Shown here: positions 60,916 through 64,000 of the stretch, piece by piece
Layout of the letters: each line of letters opens with the position of its first letter
How positions within the stretch are numbered: the stretch's first letter is position 1
NCBI GenBank assembly: GCA_044222185.1
Contig: JBGANV010000007.1
Location: forward strand, 64,001-128,000
Direction: 5' to 3'
Length of the DNA: 64,000 nucleotides
Source: Planctomycetota bacterium
GTDB lineage: Bacteria > Planctomycetota > GCA-002687715 > CAIWVZ01
Program-made: the position numbers and the translations under genes
Notes under the pieces: generated by a model
What the model was told of the DNA's origin: nothing
Databases searched by the model: none
The model's input: only the letters and a program-made list of their open reading frames with translations

Positions 60916-61626
60916 ATGAAAAAGATCGCTTGGGGTGTGATGGCGTTTGCGCTCGCAGGACTCGTCGCGGCGCAGGACGGGGCTCCGGCCGGGTCAGGCG
61001 CAAAGAAACAGGACGCGAAACCGGCCCCAGCGGCTGAGAAGCCGCAGGATGCAAAGAAGCCCGGCGAAGCGGCCGCCCTCGATCCGGAGGCGGAGGCCTG
61101 GGTCGACACCCTTGCGAAGCGCATTGCCAGCACGAACACCGTCGTGCGCGACAGCGCCAGCGCGGGCATCGAGAAGGTCGGCAAGCCCGCCCTCCCGATC
61201 CTGAACAAGTACGCCACGGGCACCGACAAGGCCCTCGCGGACGCCGCCAAGAAGCTCGCCGAGAAGATCCAGAAGGGCCCGCAAGGCCCGCAGGGTGGCG
61301 GGTTCGCGCAGCGCGGCGCGGAGCAGATCGACAAGCTCGCGAAGGACATGAACCTGGACGAGGCCAAGACCCAGAAGCTCAAGGACCTGCAGAAGAAGGC
61401 CTCGGACAAGATGCGCGAGAACATGGACGCCATGCGCAACGGCGACATGACCCGCGAAGAGATGATGGCCGAGATGCAGACGTTCCAGACCGAGATGAAA
61501 TCCGAGCTTCGCAAGTTCCTCAGCGAGGACGAGGCGAAGAAGGTCGAGGAGTCGGTCCGCGGCATGTTCGGTGGCGGACGGATGGGCGGCGGCGGCGGTC
61601 GCCGCGGTGGTGGCGGCGGCGGCTGA
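60916..61626 (+). CDS. secreted helical hypothetical protein (HEAT-like plus Spy/CpxP-like segment, Gly-rich tail)
   Basis: AAGGA RBS, a signal peptide ending VAAQ, Lys/Glu/Met-rich helices and LRKFLSEDE. Confidence 0.8.
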   Translation: MKKIAWGVMAFALAGLVAAQDGAPAGSGAKKQDAKPAPAAEKPQDAKKPGEAAALDPEAEAWVDTLAKRIASTNTVVRDSASAGIEKVGKPALPILNKYATGTDKALADAAKKLAEKIQKGPQGPQGGGFAQRGAEQIDKLAKDMNLDEAKTQKLKDLQKKASDKMRENMDAMRNGDMTREEMMAEMQTFQTEMKSELRKFLSEDEAKKVEESVRGMFGGGRMGGGGGRRGGGGGG

Positions 61627-61693
61627 TCCGCACCCCCAAGCGTCCTGATCGCGTGTTCGGTCGCGCACGGGCGGTCGGTAGCATCCGACCCTG

Positions 61694-62695
61694 ATGACCC
61701 GGCGCGGCCGAATCGGTCTTTTGGGACTCGGTCCCTGGGGCAAGAACCAGTTCCGAGTCCTGTCCGAGCTCGAAGAACTTCGGCTCGCATTCGACGTAGA
61801 TCCAGCCGCACTCGCCGCGGCCCCCGAGGCCCTGCGGGCGGCGTCATTCGACGCGATGCTGGAGGATCCACGGGTCGAGGCGATCGTGATCGCCACCCCG
61901 GCGTCGACCCATTTCGCTCTGGCCCGGCGCGCGCTTGCGGCCGGCAAGGACGTCTTCGTCGAGAAGCCCCTCACCCTGGACCCCGAAGAAGGCCAGGAAC
62001 TGGTGGAGCTCTCCGACCGGCTTGGTCGGGTGCTCATGGTGGGGCACGTCACGGTCTACCACCCCGGGATCCTCGCGCTGCGCGAGCTCCTCGTTCGTGG
62101 CCACCTGGGCCAGCCGCGGTACGTCTACTCGAACCGGCTCAACCTGGGCACGGTGCGCGAGACCGAGAACATCCTGTGGTCGTTCGCTCCGCACGATTTC
62201 GCCGTCCTGCTCCACCTCCTCGGCAAGTCGCCCACGCGAATCGTCGCCGTCGGGTCGACCTACGTCCGCGAGGGCCGACCGGACGTCACCGTGACCCACC
62301 TGGAATTCCCACTCGGCGTGCGTGCCCACATCTTCGTCTCCTGGCTGCACCCGATGAGAGAGCACCGGCTCGTCGTCAGCGGCGATCGCCGCATGGCCGT
62401 CTTCTCCGACGACGGGAAGGGCGGGAATCTCACGGTGTTCGACGTGGGCGTGGACCTCGTTGGTGACAAGGCGGTTCACCGGCGCGGCGGCGGGGAGGCG
62501 GTCCCGCTTCCACCACAGGAGCCGCTGCGCCTCGAGATGGCGCACTTCCTCGAGTGCATCGACCGGAGGGAGGAGCCGCTCACGGGCGGACGCCACGGTC
62601 TCGAAGTCGTCCGGCTCCTCTCTGCGTCGGACGGAAGCCTGAAGCGCGGAGGTCTTCCGGTGACGTTCGCTCCTGGCGTGGGGTACGGTCCGTGA
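61694..62695 (+). CDS. Gfo/Idh/MocA oxidoreductase (WbpB/WlbA-like sugar 3-dehydrogenase)
   Basis: GLGPWGKN, IATPASTH, VFVEKP, MVGH and APHD; first gene of a dehydrogenase-acetyltransferase-aminotransferase trio. Confidence 0.85.
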   Translation: MTRRGRIGLLGLGPWGKNQFRVLSELEELRLAFDVDPAALAAAPEALRAASFDAMLEDPRVEAIVIATPASTHFALARRALAAGKDVFVEKPLTLDPEEGQELVELSDRLGRVLMVGHVTVYHPGILALRELLVRGHLGQPRYVYSNRLNLGTVRETENILWSFAPHDFAVLLHLLGKSPTRIVAVGSTYVREGRPDVTVTHLEFPLGVRAHIFVSWLHPMREHRLVVSGDRRMAVFSDDGKGGNLTVFDVGVDLVGDKAVHRRGGGEAVPLPPQEPLRLEMAHFLECIDRREEPLTGGRHGLEVVRLLSASDGSLKRGGLPVTFAPGVGYGP

Positions 62696-63261
62696 CGACC
62701 TCCGGGATTCACGTGACGGCCGTCGTCGATCCCGGTGCCGTGATCGGGGACGGGACGCGCGTCTGGCACTTCTGTCACGTGATGCCCGGGGCCCGCGTCG
62801 GACGCGACTGCAGCCTCGGGCAGAACGGTTATGTCGGAGGCCGCGTCGTCATCGGTGATCGTTGCCGGATCCAGAACAACGTCTCGCTCTATGACGGAGT
62901 CGTCCTCGAAGACGACGTCTTCGTGGGGCCGTCGGCGGTCTTCACCAACGTGGATCGCCCGCGCGCGGCGTTTCCTCGGAAGGACCGATATGGCGAGACC
63001 CGCATCCGCAGCGGCGCGACGATCGGCGCGAACGCGACGATCGTCTGCGGCGTCACGGTCGGTCGCGGCGCGTTCGTCGCCGCCGGTGCCGTCGTCACGC
63101 ACGACGTTCCTGATTTCGTGCTCGTCGCCGGCGTGCCCGCGCGTCCGCGTGGGCTCGTCTGCCTTTGTGGCGAGGCCGTGGACGCCACTTCCCTGAATTG
63201 CACGGCCTGCGACCGGCGCTACATCCGAGCCGGGACGGGGCTGAAGGAGTCGCCATCGTGA
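62692..63261 (+). CDS. wbpD: hexapeptide N-acetyltransferase (WbpD/WlbB-like)
   Basis: IGDGTRVWHFCH, SLGQN, IQNNVSLYDGV, GPSAVFTN and GANATIVCG, plus a C-terminal CxC..CxxC motif. Confidence 0.8.
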   Translation: MTTSGIHVTAVVDPGAVIGDGTRVWHFCHVMPGARVGRDCSLGQNGYVGGRVVIGDRCRIQNNVSLYDGVVLEDDVFVGPSAVFTNVDRPRAAFPRKDRYGETRIRSGATIGANATIVCGVTVGRGAFVAAGAVVTHDVPDFVLVAGVPARPRGLVCLCGEAVDATSLNCTACDRRYIRAGTGLKESPS

Positions 63262-64000
63262 CCGTTCCCTTCATCGATCTGCGGCGCGCAAACGCTTCGT
63301 TCGAAGCGGTCGCACGCGACGCCGTCCTTCGCGTTCTCGAGCACAAGCAGTTCATCCTCGGCAAGGAAGTGGAGGCGTTCGAGTCCTCCATGTCGGCGGC
63401 CCTCGACGGCCTGCGCGTCGTCGGCATGTCGAGCGGGACGGACGCACTCCTTGCCGGCATGATGGCGCTGGGAGTGAAGGCGGGAGACCGGGTACTCACG
63501 TCGCCGTTCTCCTTCTTTGCCACTGCGGGGACGATCACGCGGCTCGGAGCCGTGCCCGTGTTCGTCGACATCGAGCCCGGCCATTTCGACCTCGACGTCC
63601 GTCAGCTCGGCCGGATCGACCGCACGCGGCTTTCGGCGATCATTCCCGTGCACTTGTTCGGGCACGTGGCTGATCTCGACCCGCTACTGGACTGGGCGCG
63701 CGAGATTCCCGTGCTCGAAGACGCCTGCCAGGCCATCGGCGGGAAGGACTCACGCGGACGTCACGCGGGCTCCATCGGCCGCATGGGCGCGTTCTCGTTC
63801 TTCCCGACCAAGAACCTGGGAGCCGCAGGCGATGCGGGCATGGCGACCACGCGGGACCCCGAGCTCGAGAAGTCGCTCCGCATGATCCGGGCCCACGGCC
63901 AGGTGACGCAGTACGTTCACCGCGTCATCGGCGGCAACTTCCGGATCGACGCCATGCAGGCGGCGATCCTGGCCGCGGGGCTTCCGCAGCTCGACTCGAT
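63258..64000 (+). CDS. DegT/DnrJ/EryC1/StrS aminotransferase (WbpE-like), 3' partial
   Basis: GTGA overlap; VPFIDL..FILGKEVEAFE, SSGTDAL, FSFFATAG, PVHLFG, EDACQAIG and FSFFPTKNLGAAGDAG. Open to the window end and absent from the ORF track. Confidence 0.9.
   Translation, partial: MTVPFIDLRRANASFEAVARDAVLRVLEHKQFILGKEVEAFESSMSAALDGLRVVGMSSGTDALLAGMMALGVKAGDRVLTSPFSFFATAGTITRLGAVPVFVDIEPGHFDLDVRQLGRIDRTRLSAIIPVHLFGHVADLDPLLDWAREIPVLEDACQAIGGKDSRGRHAGSIGRMGAFSFFPTKNLGAAGDAGMATTRDPELEKSLRMIRAHGQVTQYVHRVIGGNFRIDAMQAAILAAGLPQLDS

Overview
High-GC bacterial window, probably from a Planctomycetota-like genome (inferred from its secreted surface-protein types), with about 45 CDSs and no rRNA, tRNA or CRISPR seen. 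Housekeeping and metabolic genes include a tricorn-like S41 protease, tnaA, a Zn-ADH, an SSS transporter with nagZ, rlmD, a sigma-70 factor, thiI, purE, a cyclophilin, an ABC-F ATPase, a NUDIX hydrolase and the start of a wbpB-wbpD-wbpE sugar locus. The most notable item is a three-gene RiPP-like cluster at 34280-36546 (- strand). It encodes a 93-aa precursor with a lipobox and eight KSCG hexapeptide repeats, a DUF692/MNIO iron enzyme and a DUF2063-type partner, suggesting a membrane-anchored metal-binding modified peptide. Also notable: an octaheme cytochrome translationally coupled to a small His-containing membrane protein, a lower-GC adhesin-like gene flanked by decayed IS256 and IS1595 remnants, a REP/BIME-like palindrome cluster, a giant alpha-2-macroglobulin-like protein without a thioester motif, and a stand-alone H-box (DHp-like) mini-protein facing a response regulator. 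All family assignments come from recognising motifs by eye; no database searches were run.
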